A DNA stretch of 64,000 nt from a virus, in the IMG/VR virus record IMGVR_UViG_3300044816_000098, positions 1-64,000 of that record. One strand, given 5' to 3'. The notes beneath the pieces were generated by a model that was not told the origin of the DNA, ran no database searches, and saw nothing but the letters and a program-made list of their open reading frames with translations. The number at the start of each line of letters is the position of its first letter. Positions within the stretch are counted from its first letter, which is position 1. Made by a program: the position numbers and the translations under genes. Of this stretch, positions 20,694 to 30,627 are shown piece by piece.

Positions 20694-20794
20694 CTCCGGC
20701 TTTACCTCGTAACAAAACGAACACGTCAGCGAAGATGTGATCGTGTTACCCCAGCTTTTGTTGGCAACAGGCCACGCGTCCCCTACTCTCTCCA

Positions 20795-21514
20795 TTGACG
20801 GATGATCTCCTTGCCCCTCCTCCAGGGGGAGCCGAGGAGGTCAGGGGAGGGGAGCGTGGCCTGTTGCCGTTGACCCGGGGCGTTCTGAGGTCGTTGTTGA
20901 AGAACCTGATTGCCTTTCAGTCTCTCTACGAGTCCGAAGGGGTTGACGTTGTCTGCGGCCCCGATGGCGACTCGTACTCCCTGTACGACATCGAATACCT
21001 CTACTCCGCCCGGGTTCTCCTGAGTGGTCGTCAGCGCCAGGCCATCGAACTCTTTCTCGTGAAGAACATGAAGGAGAAAGAAGTCGCTCTGGTGATGGGG
21101 GTCTCGGAGTCCAATCCGGTCGCCTCCTACGCTTCACAGGGCATCGACAAGATCCTGGGCATGGTCGCCACCGGCGGGCTCCCCCGGTACCGGCCGGAAG
21201 GAGATCAGGGTGGGTCAACTGCACTCCGGAGTCCACGCTCCACTGGACGACGCGGCGACGGAGCTGATCAGGAAGTCGCTGGAGGGTGTGACCTCCATGT
21301 CCGAGAAATCGGACATCTTGACCCCGTGGAAGGAAGTCGACCGGCGGCGCCGGGAGGTCTACACGGAGAACGGGGTCCCGGACGGATCTTTGCGACGTGG
21401 CATGTATCACCGGGCATGGAATTCGCACCACCCCCATCTGAACAGCGTGAACGGCCGGGTGCCGGTGCCCGCCGACCTCCTCGGTGGAGCATCCGAGCCC
21501 AGGTTCGCGCGTGA
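20795..21514 (+). CDS. sigma70 region-4-like HTH protein (true start and C-terminus uncertain)
   Basis: LSGRQRQAIELFLVKNMKEKEVALVMGVS region-4 pattern. Confidence 0.6.
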   Translation: MTDDLLAPPPGGAEEVRGGERGLLPLTRGVLRSLLKNLIAFQSLYESEGVDVVCGPDGDSYSLYDIEYLYSARVLLSGRQRQAIELFLVKNMKEKEVALVMGVSESNPVASYASQGIDKILGMVATGGLPRYRPEGDQGGSTALRSPRSTGRRGDGADQEVAGGCDLHVREIGHLDPVEGSRPAAPGGLHGERGPGRIFATWHVSPGMEFAPPPSEQRERPGAGARRPPRWSIRAQVRA

Positions 21515-21701
21515 CGCCGACTGCGTAGAGGTCGGGGAGACATACGACCTACGGGTCTCCTGGGGCACCCAGGAGCGCATCAAGTGCCCCGGGTGCTCGA
21601 AGTACTGCAAGCCCGCGCTGGAGGTCTCGTGTCGCTGCGGGGCCGTGTTCACCCAGATGCCTGAGCGCGGGCACTACCAGATCGTGAGGCTCACCAGATG
21701 A
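21210..21701 (+). CDS. hypothetical protein with C-terminal Zn ribbon
   Basis: GGAG RBS plus GTG; CPGC...CRC; coupled to next ATG. Confidence 0.6.
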   Translation: MGQLHSGVHAPLDDAATELIRKSLEGVTSMSEKSDILTPWKEVDRRRREVYTENGVPDGSLRRGMYHRAWNSHHPHLNSVNGRVPVPADLLGGASEPRFARDADCVEVGETYDLRVSWGTQERIKCPGCSKYCKPALEVSCRCGAVFTQMPERGHYQIVRLTR

Positions 21702-22384
21702 ACCAGGAAGACGCGTACCCGGAGGTGAACACCACCCCGGGCTCCATGGTCATGGTGAGCGTGAACGGCCAGCAGTACCCCCGCCGGGTCGTGTCCCAGT
21801 GCCACACCTGCATGTCTCCGTACCGGCTGGAGATCGAGCGGTACCTGATCGAGGGTCACAGCTACCAGGGGATCGCCGACACGGTGGCCGGGTGGCCGGT
21901 CAAGCCGAACCAGCGGTGGCGGCACCCGGTGGCGGTGGGGATCCGTCACCACGTGGTCTCCAAGCACATGCCGCTGGGGCCGACGGCCGAGCGGGCCCTG
22001 ATTGAGCAGAGGTCCCAGGAGATCGGGCGGAGCCTGGAGGACTACCAGAGCAGTCTGGTGGACCACGTGGCGGCCAATCAGATCGTCATCCAGCGCGGGA
22101 TGGCCCGGATGGCCTCGGGGGCCCTGGAGCCCTCCATGAGCGACCTCATGACGGCGATCCGCAACCAGCAGGCCATCGAGCAGGCCGCCGAGGGCGGAGT
22201 GGACTCCGCCGCGTGGCAGGAAGCGCTGGTGGCGTACATGGAGGTCGCGCAGAAGTTCATCCCTGCGGAGCTGCTGCACGCCTACGGCAACGCGCTGTCC
22301 CAGCACCCGGTCCTGCGGGCCATGATGACGAAGAAGCCCGCTGCGATCGAAGGGGAGATTGTCACGGAGGGTGAATCCGGGTAG
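21698..22384 (+). CDS. hypothetical protein (CxxC plus HTH; possible small terminase)
   Basis: CHTC...GHSYQGIA; close to terminase; function inferred only. Confidence 0.55.
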   Translation: MNQEDAYPEVNTTPGSMVMVSVNGQQYPRRVVSQCHTCMSPYRLEIERYLIEGHSYQGIADTVAGWPVKPNQRWRHPVAVGIRHHVVSKHMPLGPTAERALIEQRSQEIGRSLEDYQSSLVDHVAANQIVIQRGMARMASGALEPSMSDLMTAIRNQQAIEQAAEGGVDSAAWQEALVAYMEVAQKFIPAELLHAYGNALSQHPVLRAMMTKKPAAIEGEIVTEGESG

Positions 22385-22428
22385 GATTTTAAAATCTAGT
22401 CCACCCAACCCCGCCAGAGGAGTCCCCC

Positions 22429-23451
22429 ATGACCCACCTGTACATGCGTGATCTGCCCGGCACCACCCTCGCTGACCTGGCTGTCGAACTCGACCAGCAG
22501 TCCTTCGTCTGGGGCGGCGGCGCCCACGAGGTGGAGCCCCGGCTCGACCAGGAAGTCCCCGCGATGATCCTGGGCGGCCGGGAGATCCAGACCACCGCTG
22601 ACGGAGTGAAGGCGTTCGCCTCGTACTTCGACATCCCCCCGAAGTTCTTCACCCGGCTGGAGAAGGACGAGCAGCAGTGGCTGCTCAAGAGCCGCATGGA
22701 GCACCTGGGCGGGGAGCTGACGGTCCGCTACGGCGCCACCGGCATCAACGAGGTCTACAAGCCCACCATCGTCCGTGTGGAGCCCCAGCGGCTCGTTGCC
22801 GCCGCGCTGAAGACCTTCCCCGCGAACTCCCCGATCGTCGACTGGTGGTGCGACACCGAAGAACTTCAGGTCGACGTGATCGTCCCCGAGGGCTACGAGC
22901 GTTTCATCGGTGGTGACCTGGTGGAGGGTGACCTGACCCGTGGCGGAGTCCGCTTCGGCCAGGACCGCAAGCACAACACCGCCCCCTGGGTACAGCCGTT
23001 CATGTACCGCCTGTACTGCACCAACGGCATGGAGGTCCCCGACCTCGGCCTGAAGGTGGACGCGGCCCGTGCCTCCGCCGAGGAGGTCGAGGCCATGTTC
23101 GAGGGCGAGATCCGCCGCGCGGTGGATCGTCTGGAGAGCGACATCCACGCCTTCTACGACCTGCGGAACCAGAAGCTCGGGAACGACCCCACGGGTGTCC
23201 TGCGCCGGTCCGCCCTGGACCAGAACCTTCCCAACCGCACGGTGGGCACGCTGGAGGACCTGCTGCCCTCGGTGCTCGGGGAGGACAACGACCCGTCGAT
23301 GTTCGACGTCGTCAACCTCATGACCAACCAGGCCAACAACCCGACCATCGGCCTGCGCAGCTCTTCGCGGCGCAACCTCCAGCGTGCTGGCGGCGGCCTG
23401 GTCTTCGACCACGCGGAGCGGTGCGCCACCTGCCACTCGCGCCTGTCGTAA
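22429..23451 (+). CDS. DUF932-like protein
   Basis: YRLYCTNGM signature. Confidence 0.6.
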   Translation: MTHLYMRDLPGTTLADLAVELDQQSFVWGGGAHEVEPRLDQEVPAMILGGREIQTTADGVKAFASYFDIPPKFFTRLEKDEQQWLLKSRMEHLGGELTVRYGATGINEVYKPTIVRVEPQRLVAAALKTFPANSPIVDWWCDTEELQVDVIVPEGYERFIGGDLVEGDLTRGGVRFGQDRKHNTAPWVQPFMYRLYCTNGMEVPDLGLKVDAARASAEEVEAMFEGEIRRAVDRLESDIHAFYDLRNQKLGNDPTGVLRRSALDQNLPNRTVGTLEDLLPSVLGEDNDPSMFDVVNLMTNQANNPTIGLRSSSRRNLQRAGGGLVFDHAERCATCHSRLS

Positions 23452-23476
23452 CACCCCAGAACAGACCGGAGGAATC

Positions 23477-23890
23477 GTGACAGCCCTCAACACCGAGGCG
23501 TTCCACCCGTACGACACCGAGATCATCGAAATGCAGAGGATCAAGGACGAGGTCAACAACCGAGCCTCCCTGAGGGGCGGCTCGGTTGACCGGGACGCCA
23601 TGGGGCGGGAGCTGAAGGACCGGATGTACACCGAGGCCGGTCTCGTCGTGAACGTCCTCTGGTACACCGTCGGCGAGCAGATGCCGGACGGCAGCATCCG
23701 GGAGATCGTGGGTCGCTTCGATCCCGAGGTGGTCCCGGTCGGCCGGGTCAACAAGCAGGGCGTGGACCACGACCAGATGAAGCACGAGATCGTCAACGAC
23801 GTCCTGGGCCTCGGCGAGGGCGGCCTGATCAAGGTCACCACCGGCGACGTCCGGGCGGCGCTGGAACACGCGAAGGGACACTCCCACTGA
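23477..23890 (+). CDS. hypothetical protein
   Basis: GGAGG RBS plus GTG. Confidence 0.7.
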   Translation: MTALNTEAFHPYDTEIIEMQRIKDEVNNRASLRGGSVDRDAMGRELKDRMYTEAGLVVNVLWYTVGEQMPDGSIREIVGRFDPEVVPVGRVNKQGVDHDQMKHEIVNDVLGLGEGGLIKVTTGDVRAALEHAKGHSH

Positions 23891-24078
23891 TGGCCGACAT
23901 CAAGTTCTTCGAGCCCGGAGAGCCGATCACCTGCGCCAAGGCGGACGAGGGATGCAAGTCCCTCTACCACCGCCCGCAGGAGGCCGCTGAGGCCCTGTCC
24001 ACGAAGACCATCGCCCAGCTCCACGGCTGGAAGGTGGCCGACCGCGAGGCGGACACCCTCAACTGCCCGATGCACTAG
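23890..24078 (+). CDS. small hypothetical protein
   Basis: TGATG coupling, Cys/His motifs. Confidence 0.6.
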   Translation: MADIKFFEPGEPITCAKADEGCKSLYHRPQEAAEALSTKTIAQLHGWKVADREADTLNCPMH

Positions 24079-24088
24079 GACTCGTCAC

Positions 24089-26128
24089 ATGGCCGTCGCG
24101 GTCCGAGGCAAGTCGAGGCCCACAGGGATGATCCCTGTGGGCCTCGGTCCGCATGAGATCTTCCGCCTGTTCACCGGACTGGAAATCCCCGACCCGATCA
24201 CCTTCGTGATGGGGGACCGGTGGCTTGAGCGCGCCAACATGTACCCGCGCCAGGCCACCCTGTTGAAGATCATCTTCTTGCGGGACGACCTCTTCACCGA
24301 GTACGACCACATGGTCATCGACGAGTGGGAGGCGTCGTTCCGCAGCACGGGGAACAACGGCATCACCCCGAACGTCCGGAGCCGGATCACTCAGCTCCGC
24401 GCGGAGGGCCGGAAGTGGTTCCGGGAGGTCCTCCTCGTCATGGGCCGCCGTGCGGGCAAGGGGCACATCTCCGGCCTGTCCATGGCGTATGTCTTGTGGC
24501 ACTACATGGCCAAGGGAGATCCCCAGGGGTACTACGGGGTGGACCGGGACAAGAAGCTCGTGGCGATGGTCTTCGCCGGGAAGCGGGACCAGGCCAAGGC
24601 CACGGTGTGGCAGGACGCCGTCAACTACATCACCGGCGCGGTGTGCTTCGCCCCGTACATCCGGGCGCCCCTCCAGGCCGAGAAGCTGAGTGTCTACGCG
24701 CCCCACGACTTCATCCGCATGAAGAAACGTCTCGACCAGGGGATGAACCCTGAAGAGATCAACATGGCCACCTTCGAGATCGTCCCGAAGGAAAGCACCC
24801 TGATGGCCGGGCGTGGCCCCACGTCCTTCTGCCAGGCGTACGACGAGATGGCCCACGTGGTCGCCTCCGGGGCGAACCGCAGTGCGGAGGACGTCTACGG
24901 CGCGGCCACCCCGTCACTCGACCAGTTCGGCAAGGACGGCTTCATCATCGAGCCGTCCAGCCCCTGGCAGATGCTGGGGCAGTTCTACACGAACTACTGC
25001 AACTCAATCCTTGATGACGAAGAGGGCAATCCGGTCTATCCGGAAATGCTCATGATCCAGCTCGCGAGCTGGGACATCTACAAGGACTGGGAGATGGCCC
25101 ACACCCTGAAGGTCTTCCCCGACGGGTACGAGGGCGACCTGGGCGAGTACGTCGACATGCCCCCGCTGTACTTCCAGCCCCTGCGCGGCGCCATCCAGGC
25201 GTACGACGATCAGATGGCCCGGCTGGAGCAGTCGAACCCGGAGACTTTCAAGGTCGAGCGCCGGAGCCACTTCGCGGTGACCCTGGACGCCTACCTCAAC
25301 GAGGACAAGGTCCGGCAGATCTTCGCCCCCTGGCCCGACCGCGACCCGAGCTTTGGTGGCCCGGCCCTGGGGATGCAGACCGGCGGGCGCATGGACATCG
25401 ACTACTGCGCCCACGGCGACCCCTCGAAGTCCAACGCCAACTTCGGCCTGGCGCTGGCCCACACCGAGCCCGGCCCGGACGGCAGGCTCCACGTGGTCTT
25501 CGACAAGATCCACCATTTCCACCCGGGGGACTTCGAGGACCACATCGTCGACTACGACGAGATCGAGGGCTGGATCTGGGACAACATGCTGGCCCCCTTC
25601 ATGCCGACCCAGATGACCTTCGACCAGTTCAACTCGGCCCAGGTCATCCAGCGCCTGCACCGCAGGTCACGCACCTCGGGTCTGCCCAAGACGACCACGG
25701 TCTTCGAGGACTCGGCCACCAAGCAGAAGAACTGGCAGCGTGCGGAGATCTTCAAGACCGCCGTGAACCTCGGGTACGTCCACTCGCCCTACTACGAGCA
25801 GGGCGAGCTGGAGCTGAGGTTCCTCCAGGAGAAGAAGGGCGTCGTTGACCACCCGGACGCCGGGCCGGTGCAGACAAAGGACGTCGCGGACTGCATGATG
25901 CAGTGCGTGATGAACCTGATCGGAGACCAGATCGTCTCCATGCGGTCCGAGCTGGGATCCATGCGGCCCACCGGCGCCATGCCGGGCGGGATCTCGCCCT
26001 TCCCGGGGATGAGCAGCCCCACCCCGGAGAACCAGGTGTTCGACCAGCTCTCGGGGTTCGGCAAGTCCCGGGGGATGCGTACGGAGCAGTTCCGGCAGTC
26101 GCTGGGCCGGGGCAGCCGCCGCAGATAG
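24089..26128 (+). CDS. terL: terminase large subunit
   Basis: YPRQ adenine motif, Walker A MGRRAGKG, Walker B AYDEMAH, nuclease AHGDPS / FDQFNS / KDVAD. Confidence 0.88.
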   Translation: MAVAVRGKSRPTGMIPVGLGPHEIFRLFTGLEIPDPITFVMGDRWLERANMYPRQATLLKIIFLRDDLFTEYDHMVIDEWEASFRSTGNNGITPNVRSRITQLRAEGRKWFREVLLVMGRRAGKGHISGLSMAYVLWHYMAKGDPQGYYGVDRDKKLVAMVFAGKRDQAKATVWQDAVNYITGAVCFAPYIRAPLQAEKLSVYAPHDFIRMKKRLDQGMNPEEINMATFEIVPKESTLMAGRGPTSFCQAYDEMAHVVASGANRSAEDVYGAATPSLDQFGKDGFIIEPSSPWQMLGQFYTNYCNSILDDEEGNPVYPEMLMIQLASWDIYKDWEMAHTLKVFPDGYEGDLGEYVDMPPLYFQPLRGAIQAYDDQMARLEQSNPETFKVERRSHFAVTLDAYLNEDKVRQIFAPWPDRDPSFGGPALGMQTGGRMDIDYCAHGDPSKSNANFGLALAHTEPGPDGRLHVVFDKIHHFHPGDFEDHIVDYDEIEGWIWDNMLAPFMPTQMTFDQFNSAQVIQRLHRRSRTSGLPKTTTVFEDSATKQKNWQRAEIFKTAVNLGYVHSPYYEQGELELRFLQEKKGVVDHPDAGPVQTKDVADCMMQCVMNLIGDQIVSMRSELGSMRPTGAMPGGISPFPGMSSPTPENQVFDQLSGFGKSRGMRTEQFRQSLGRGSRRR

Positions 26129-26241
26129 TGACCGTCGTTGCGGAGCCACATGTCGTGTGGTCCAATGCGAAGGAGAGTTGTAAGGGAGCCCCCACCCGGG
26201 GGAAAAGTTCTCTGGCGGGAACGAACTCACACTGCACTCGA

Positions 26242-26269
26242 AGAAGAGCCCGCTTCGGCGGGCTCTTCT
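26242..26269 (+). terminator. terminator hairpin with cUUCGg tetraloop
   Basis: AGAAGAGCCCGC TTCG GCGGGCTCTTCT. Confidence 0.75.
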
Positions 26270-26315
26270 GCTGTCCCGGGACGGCGCCGGACGCCGAAGA
26301 GGTGGAGGTGGCGCC

Positions 26316-28826
26316 ATGCAGACGCTGACTGGGCTGTTCAGGGAAGACGGGTACCCGAACCTTGACGCGGTGTTCCGCGAGGGGGTCGAGCGTCGTCGGA
26401 AGCGGCACGGCGTCTGTCACGGCACCGGGTGCACCTTCTGGGCCGGTCACCCCGGGCTCTGCGGTTCGGCCCCCACAGGCCCTGTAGAGGGCGCTGACTC
26501 GGGCGGCGGAGACGACGGAGGGGGCATGTCGTCCACGGCTGCCAGGAAGCCGTACACCGAGGACGTCAGCGATGACGGTCCGGTAACCCTGCACTACCAC
26601 CGCCGGGTAGACGCTCCGGCCCCGAACATGGGCAGTCGGTTCGGCCAGGACATCGAACCCAACGGTCAGTACTTCTCGCAGGGCAAGCTGGGCGGAGACC
26701 ACCTCGATAACCCGATCTTCGAGCATGGCCAGAAGAGCTTCCAGCGCCCCTTGAGGATCCACCTGGACGACTGGAAGTCGCAGCTCTCCCAGCGGTACCA
26801 GGGACAGACCGGCAAGGGACTGTCGCAGGCGATCCGCAACGACGGCTACGACGCGATCCTGACCCATGACGAGTACGGCCCCTCGGAGAGCGTCGATCTG
26901 TCGAACTTCCGGCCGAAGAAGGCCGCTGAAGAGCACATCGGCGAGGACAAGTACGAGAAGGAGCCGGACGACTTCCATGACCAGCTCTGGGACCGGTGGC
27001 ACCCCAAGCTCCAGCCTACGGTCCACCGGCACCTGGCCCTGGACCTCCCCAAGGGTCACCCGGCGCATGACACCAAGCTGCCGATGGCCGACCGGGCGCA
27101 CGCCGTGCTGGAGGCCGCCACCTCGGGGGACGGGTACCGGCCGGGCAAGATGGGCGTCAACTGGACCGACGACCCGACGTACGACCACTTGTCCTCGGGC
27201 AACGGTCGGGTCTCCCCAGGACAGACCCGGGTGACCATCCACGCCCAGACTCCGCCCCGCCATCACATCGAGGACGACGACTACACCCTTGAGCAGCGCG
27301 GCGTGCGGGACTGGGACACGGACCCCGAGCGGGAGGTCCCGCTCAAGCGCAACGCGCCCATGAACGTCACCGGGGTGAGCTGGCACTCGGGGGACGGACC
27401 TCAGCGTCACACCTTCGAGCAGCCCATCAGCAAGAAGGCCCAGTACGAGCAGGAGCACTCGTGGCTCCCCACCGGTCGGTACTGGGGACCGAACTCCGGT
27501 CACAACGACCAGCGCCTCTTCGAGGGGGAGCATCTGCGGCCGGAGATCCGGAAGGACATCCTCAAGCGGGTGGGGGACTTCTTCGATGGTCACGGCTACA
27601 AGAACTGGCCGCACTGGACCAAGGTGTATTTCGCCGGGTCGGAGGCTGCTCAGTGGGAGCCGTTCAACGGGGACTTCGACATCCTCATTGGAATCAACTG
27701 GCCCCATTTCCGCAAGGACAACAGGGGTTACGCGAAGAAGAACGACCTTCAGGTCACCACGGAGATGACTGACGGATTGTGGAAGTCCACCAATGTGGAC
27801 GACTACTACTTCACGCTGGACAGCGGCAAGAAGGTCGGTCCATTCGACCGTACGTTCTTCGTCAACCCCATCGCCTGGGATATCTCAAAGCTGCATCCCT
27901 ACGCGGCATATGACGTCTCAGAGGATGAATGGGCCGTTTCTCCCCTAAAGGTCCCCAAGGACTGGAGCGCCGAGAAACTGCCCGAGGGATATTGGGTCTA
28001 CGCTGAGTCGCTCGTCGCCACCATCAAGGCCATCGGCACCCTTCCGGCGGAAGAGCGCCACCGTATGGCCCGCAACCTCTGGGAGGAGCTGCATACCCAC
28101 CGCAGCGACGCCTTCGCAGATGGCGGGCATGGTCTGTTCGACTTGTCCAACGTGGTGGAGAAGTACCTGGATCAGCACCCTGATAAGCCGTGGGACCAGC
28201 TCCGCGACTGGAAGAACACCTCTCCTGTCGGGCCGGAGCCGTGGGTTCCCACGACGGCCGCACGGAGGCAGACCTTGACTACGATCTTCCAGGAAGCAGC
28301 AGTACGCACCGAGGTACGCGACCCCGGCTCCGCCACCGGCGCGGACTACGAGGGCATCATGATCGCCCTGGTCCCGCCGAAGAAGGTCTGCAAGGACCTG
28401 GCCCTGGACGGCGGTGAGCCGGTCGAGTCCATGCACGTGACTCTCGCTTACCTCGGCTCCAGGGGAGAGCACAGCAAGAACCACATCAAGGCCCTGCCCA
28501 ACCTGGTGAAGTCCTGGGCCAGCACGCGGACTCCGTTGACCGCGACCGTGGGTGGGGTGGGCACGTTCGTGAACCCCACCCAGCACGTCCTGTGGGCTGC
28601 GGTGGACATCCCCGACGGCACCACGTTCCGGGACGACCTCGTGAGGTACCTGGAGGGACACGGGTACGAGATCCGCAACGACCACGGGTGGACCCCTCAC
28701 GTCACCCTCCAGTACAGCAAGAGCCGGATCCGGTTCCTGCCCAAGGTGGATCCGATGGAATGGCCGGTCAGCGAGGTGTGGGTGTGCATCGGCAAGCACT
28801 GGGCGTCCTTCCCCCTGGGTGGATGA
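26316..28826 (+). CDS. polyvalent protein: two ADP-ribosyltransferase-like domains, a nucleotidyltransferase and a 2H phosphoesterase
   Basis: GYDAIL...E.V; VHR...GVNWT...EREV; FAGS...DFDIL; two HxT motifs (MHVTL, PHVTL). Confidence 0.7.
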   Translation: MQTLTGLFREDGYPNLDAVFREGVERRRKRHGVCHGTGCTFWAGHPGLCGSAPTGPVEGADSGGGDDGGGMSSTAARKPYTEDVSDDGPVTLHYHRRVDAPAPNMGSRFGQDIEPNGQYFSQGKLGGDHLDNPIFEHGQKSFQRPLRIHLDDWKSQLSQRYQGQTGKGLSQAIRNDGYDAILTHDEYGPSESVDLSNFRPKKAAEEHIGEDKYEKEPDDFHDQLWDRWHPKLQPTVHRHLALDLPKGHPAHDTKLPMADRAHAVLEAATSGDGYRPGKMGVNWTDDPTYDHLSSGNGRVSPGQTRVTIHAQTPPRHHIEDDDYTLEQRGVRDWDTDPEREVPLKRNAPMNVTGVSWHSGDGPQRHTFEQPISKKAQYEQEHSWLPTGRYWGPNSGHNDQRLFEGEHLRPEIRKDILKRVGDFFDGHGYKNWPHWTKVYFAGSEAAQWEPFNGDFDILIGINWPHFRKDNRGYAKKNDLQVTTEMTDGLWKSTNVDDYYFTLDSGKKVGPFDRTFFVNPIAWDISKLHPYAAYDVSEDEWAVSPLKVPKDWSAEKLPEGYWVYAESLVATIKAIGTLPAEERHRMARNLWEELHTHRSDAFADGGHGLFDLSNVVEKYLDQHPDKPWDQLRDWKNTSPVGPEPWVPTTAARRQTLTTIFQEAAVRTEVRDPGSATGADYEGIMIALVPPKKVCKDLALDGGEPVESMHVTLAYLGSRGEHSKNHIKALPNLVKSWASTRTPLTATVGGVGTFVNPTQHVLWAAVDIPDGTTFRDDLVRYLEGHGYEIRNDHGWTPHVTLQYSKSRIRFLPKVDPMEWPVSEVWVCIGKHWASFPLGG

Positions 28827-28905
28827 TCGAGGGGGTTGACTCCTGCAATCCTTGGTAGTAGCGTTCTCTTTGCCAGAGAGAAACTGACTCCCCGGGAGAA
28901 CCCAC

Positions 28906-30015
28906 ATGACGCAGCTTCACGAAGAGATCCGCATCGCCGTAGAGGTCGCCAAGGCAGCAGGCTGGCCAGTGGCCTTCCGCAGCGGCAAGGTCGTCATCAC
29001 GGCGCCCAACGGGATGAACCTCACCGTCGGCACCCGACCGAACGAGGAGACCGTCAAGGACTGGCGGTCGGTCTGCCGCAAGTACAACCTCCTTGGTGAG
29101 GGTCCGGCCCGTACGCCGGAGCAGCAGGAAGAGGCCCGGGTGGCGGCGGCGAACGGAACTCCCCTCTCCCCGGAGGCGAAGGCCGAGTCGGCAGCGAAGG
29201 CCGAGAAGAAGGCTCAGGCCGCCGAAGCACAACGCAAGGCGGACGCGGTGGTTGCGGAAGCGGCCAAGCTGCCGACCCCTCCGGCCTCTCCCTCGGCTCC
29301 GTCTTCACCGGTGAAGCCGGTCAACGTCCCGGTCGTCGCCGTGACCAAGGTGACCCCGGACACCATCGCGAAGAAGGCCGCTGCCAAGAAGACGGCTGCC
29401 GCCCCGGTTCGGGACGCCAACGGCTACCCGCCCTTCACGCCGGACATGCTCACCTCGAAGACCTACGCCCAGTTCAAGCTGGCTGACGGCCGGTACTTCT
29501 GCCCCAACTGCTGGGGCCACGGGGAGAAGCTGTCCTTCAAAGCGCCCCAGGGTGTCGCGAGCCACCGTGGCTTCAAGCACGGCGTCTTCAGCCCGGACGC
29601 CGCGAGCGGTGAAGGGGCCCTGCCGGAGTCGCTCCTGACGGCGCTGGAACTCCTCAAGCTGGAGATGGTCGAGCACCTGGCCAGCACGGTGGACGAGGAG
29701 CTGATCAAGGAGCAGCAGGAGAAGATCGAGGGCCTAGGCGTCCTGATCGAGCGTCAGCGGACTCTGCTCAAGGAGCGCGGCGAGGAGATCACGAAGCTCG
29801 GCTCCGAGATCGAGAAGCTCAAGCTGACCGCCGAACAGCGTGGGGTTCTGCTGGACGGGGAGAAGGCCCGCTTCGACCGCGAGGCGAAGCAGATCATGGA
29901 CAAGGTCGCCACCGACCTCGGACAGTTCCGTACCTGGATCAACGAGCTGGCCCCGGTGCGTGCTGTCGGCAAGATCAACGACACCCTGGACAAGTACCTC
30001 GGCGACGAGAGCTAG
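28906..30015 (+). CDS. hypothetical protein: HicA-like N-terminus, Ala/Lys/Pro linker, C2H2-type Zn finger, coiled coil
   Basis: GWPV...VITAPNG; YFCPNC...SHRGFKH; heptad C-terminus. Confidence 0.65.
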   Translation: MTQLHEEIRIAVEVAKAAGWPVAFRSGKVVITAPNGMNLTVGTRPNEETVKDWRSVCRKYNLLGEGPARTPEQQEEARVAAANGTPLSPEAKAESAAKAEKKAQAAEAQRKADAVVAEAAKLPTPPASPSAPSSPVKPVNVPVVAVTKVTPDTIAKKAAAKKTAAAPVRDANGYPPFTPDMLTSKTYAQFKLADGRYFCPNCWGHGEKLSFKAPQGVASHRGFKHGVFSPDAASGEGALPESLLTALELLKLEMVEHLASTVDEELIKEQQEKIEGLGVLIERQRTLLKERGEEITKLGSEIEKLKLTAEQRGVLLDGEKARFDREAKQIMDKVATDLGQFRTWINELAPVRAVGKINDTLDKYLGDES

Positions 30016-30025
30016 TCGGTAAGTG

Positions 30026-30064
30026 AGACAGGGGAGACCGGGTGTGACCTGGTCTCCCCTGTCT
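30026..30064 (+). terminator. hairpin abutting a promoter copy
   Basis: AGACAGGGGAGACC...GGTCTCCCCTGTCT. Confidence 0.6.
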
Positions 30065-30132
30065 TGTACTCCAAGGATCGCAGGTGTACATTCGAGGAAC
30101 GATCAATAGGTATAGGCCAAAGAGGAGCAATC

Positions 30133-30627
30133 ATGAGGCGCAACGAATTGAAAGCGGGAGGGCTGTACGTCGGACCTGGCGACAAGTGCTACGAGATCGT
30201 CGACCTGTCCCCCGGATGGCGTATCGGTTCTGCTGGCGAGTGGGTGAAGGACTCGGCGACCCGTACCCGGCACATGCCCGGTAAGGGGAACGTCTCCTAC
30301 CGCACCAACCTCGCGATCCGCGTCATCCTCCACGACGCGGGCGGCGACGAGCTGAGCAACGCGGTGATCGACCCGCGCAAACTCACCAAGACCTGGGAAG
30401 AGCACCTGAAGGACGTCGAGTCCTCGGAGAACCAGTTCGCGGAGGCGGAGACCGTCGTCCGCACGGCCCGGCAGGTCCTGAGGAACAACTCCGGCTTCCG
30501 GCCGGGCACCTACGTGCTATCTGCCGACGGCCACACCGTCACCCTCCCCACAGAGGATCTCGCCGCGCTCGCCGGAGTCCGGCAGGGTGTCCAGGGTTCC
30601 ACCGAGGTCACCTGGATCAGCCCGTGA
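30133..30627 (+). CDS. hypothetical protein
   Basis: GAGGAG RBS, downstream of promoter 30064. Confidence 0.7.
   Translation: MRRNELKAGGLYVGPGDKCYEIVDLSPGWRIGSAGEWVKDSATRTRHMPGKGNVSYRTNLAIRVILHDAGGDELSNAVIDPRKLTKTWEEHLKDVESSENQFAEAETVVRTARQVLRNNSGFRPGTYVLSADGHTVTLPTEDLAALAGVRQGVQGSTEVTWISP

Noticed and set aside
7417-26128. Inteins or introns in DnaB, DnaE, RecA or terminase
   Set aside because: No C/S...HN-C/S/T splice motifs, LAGLIDADG blocks or frame breaks seen; lengths are near normal.
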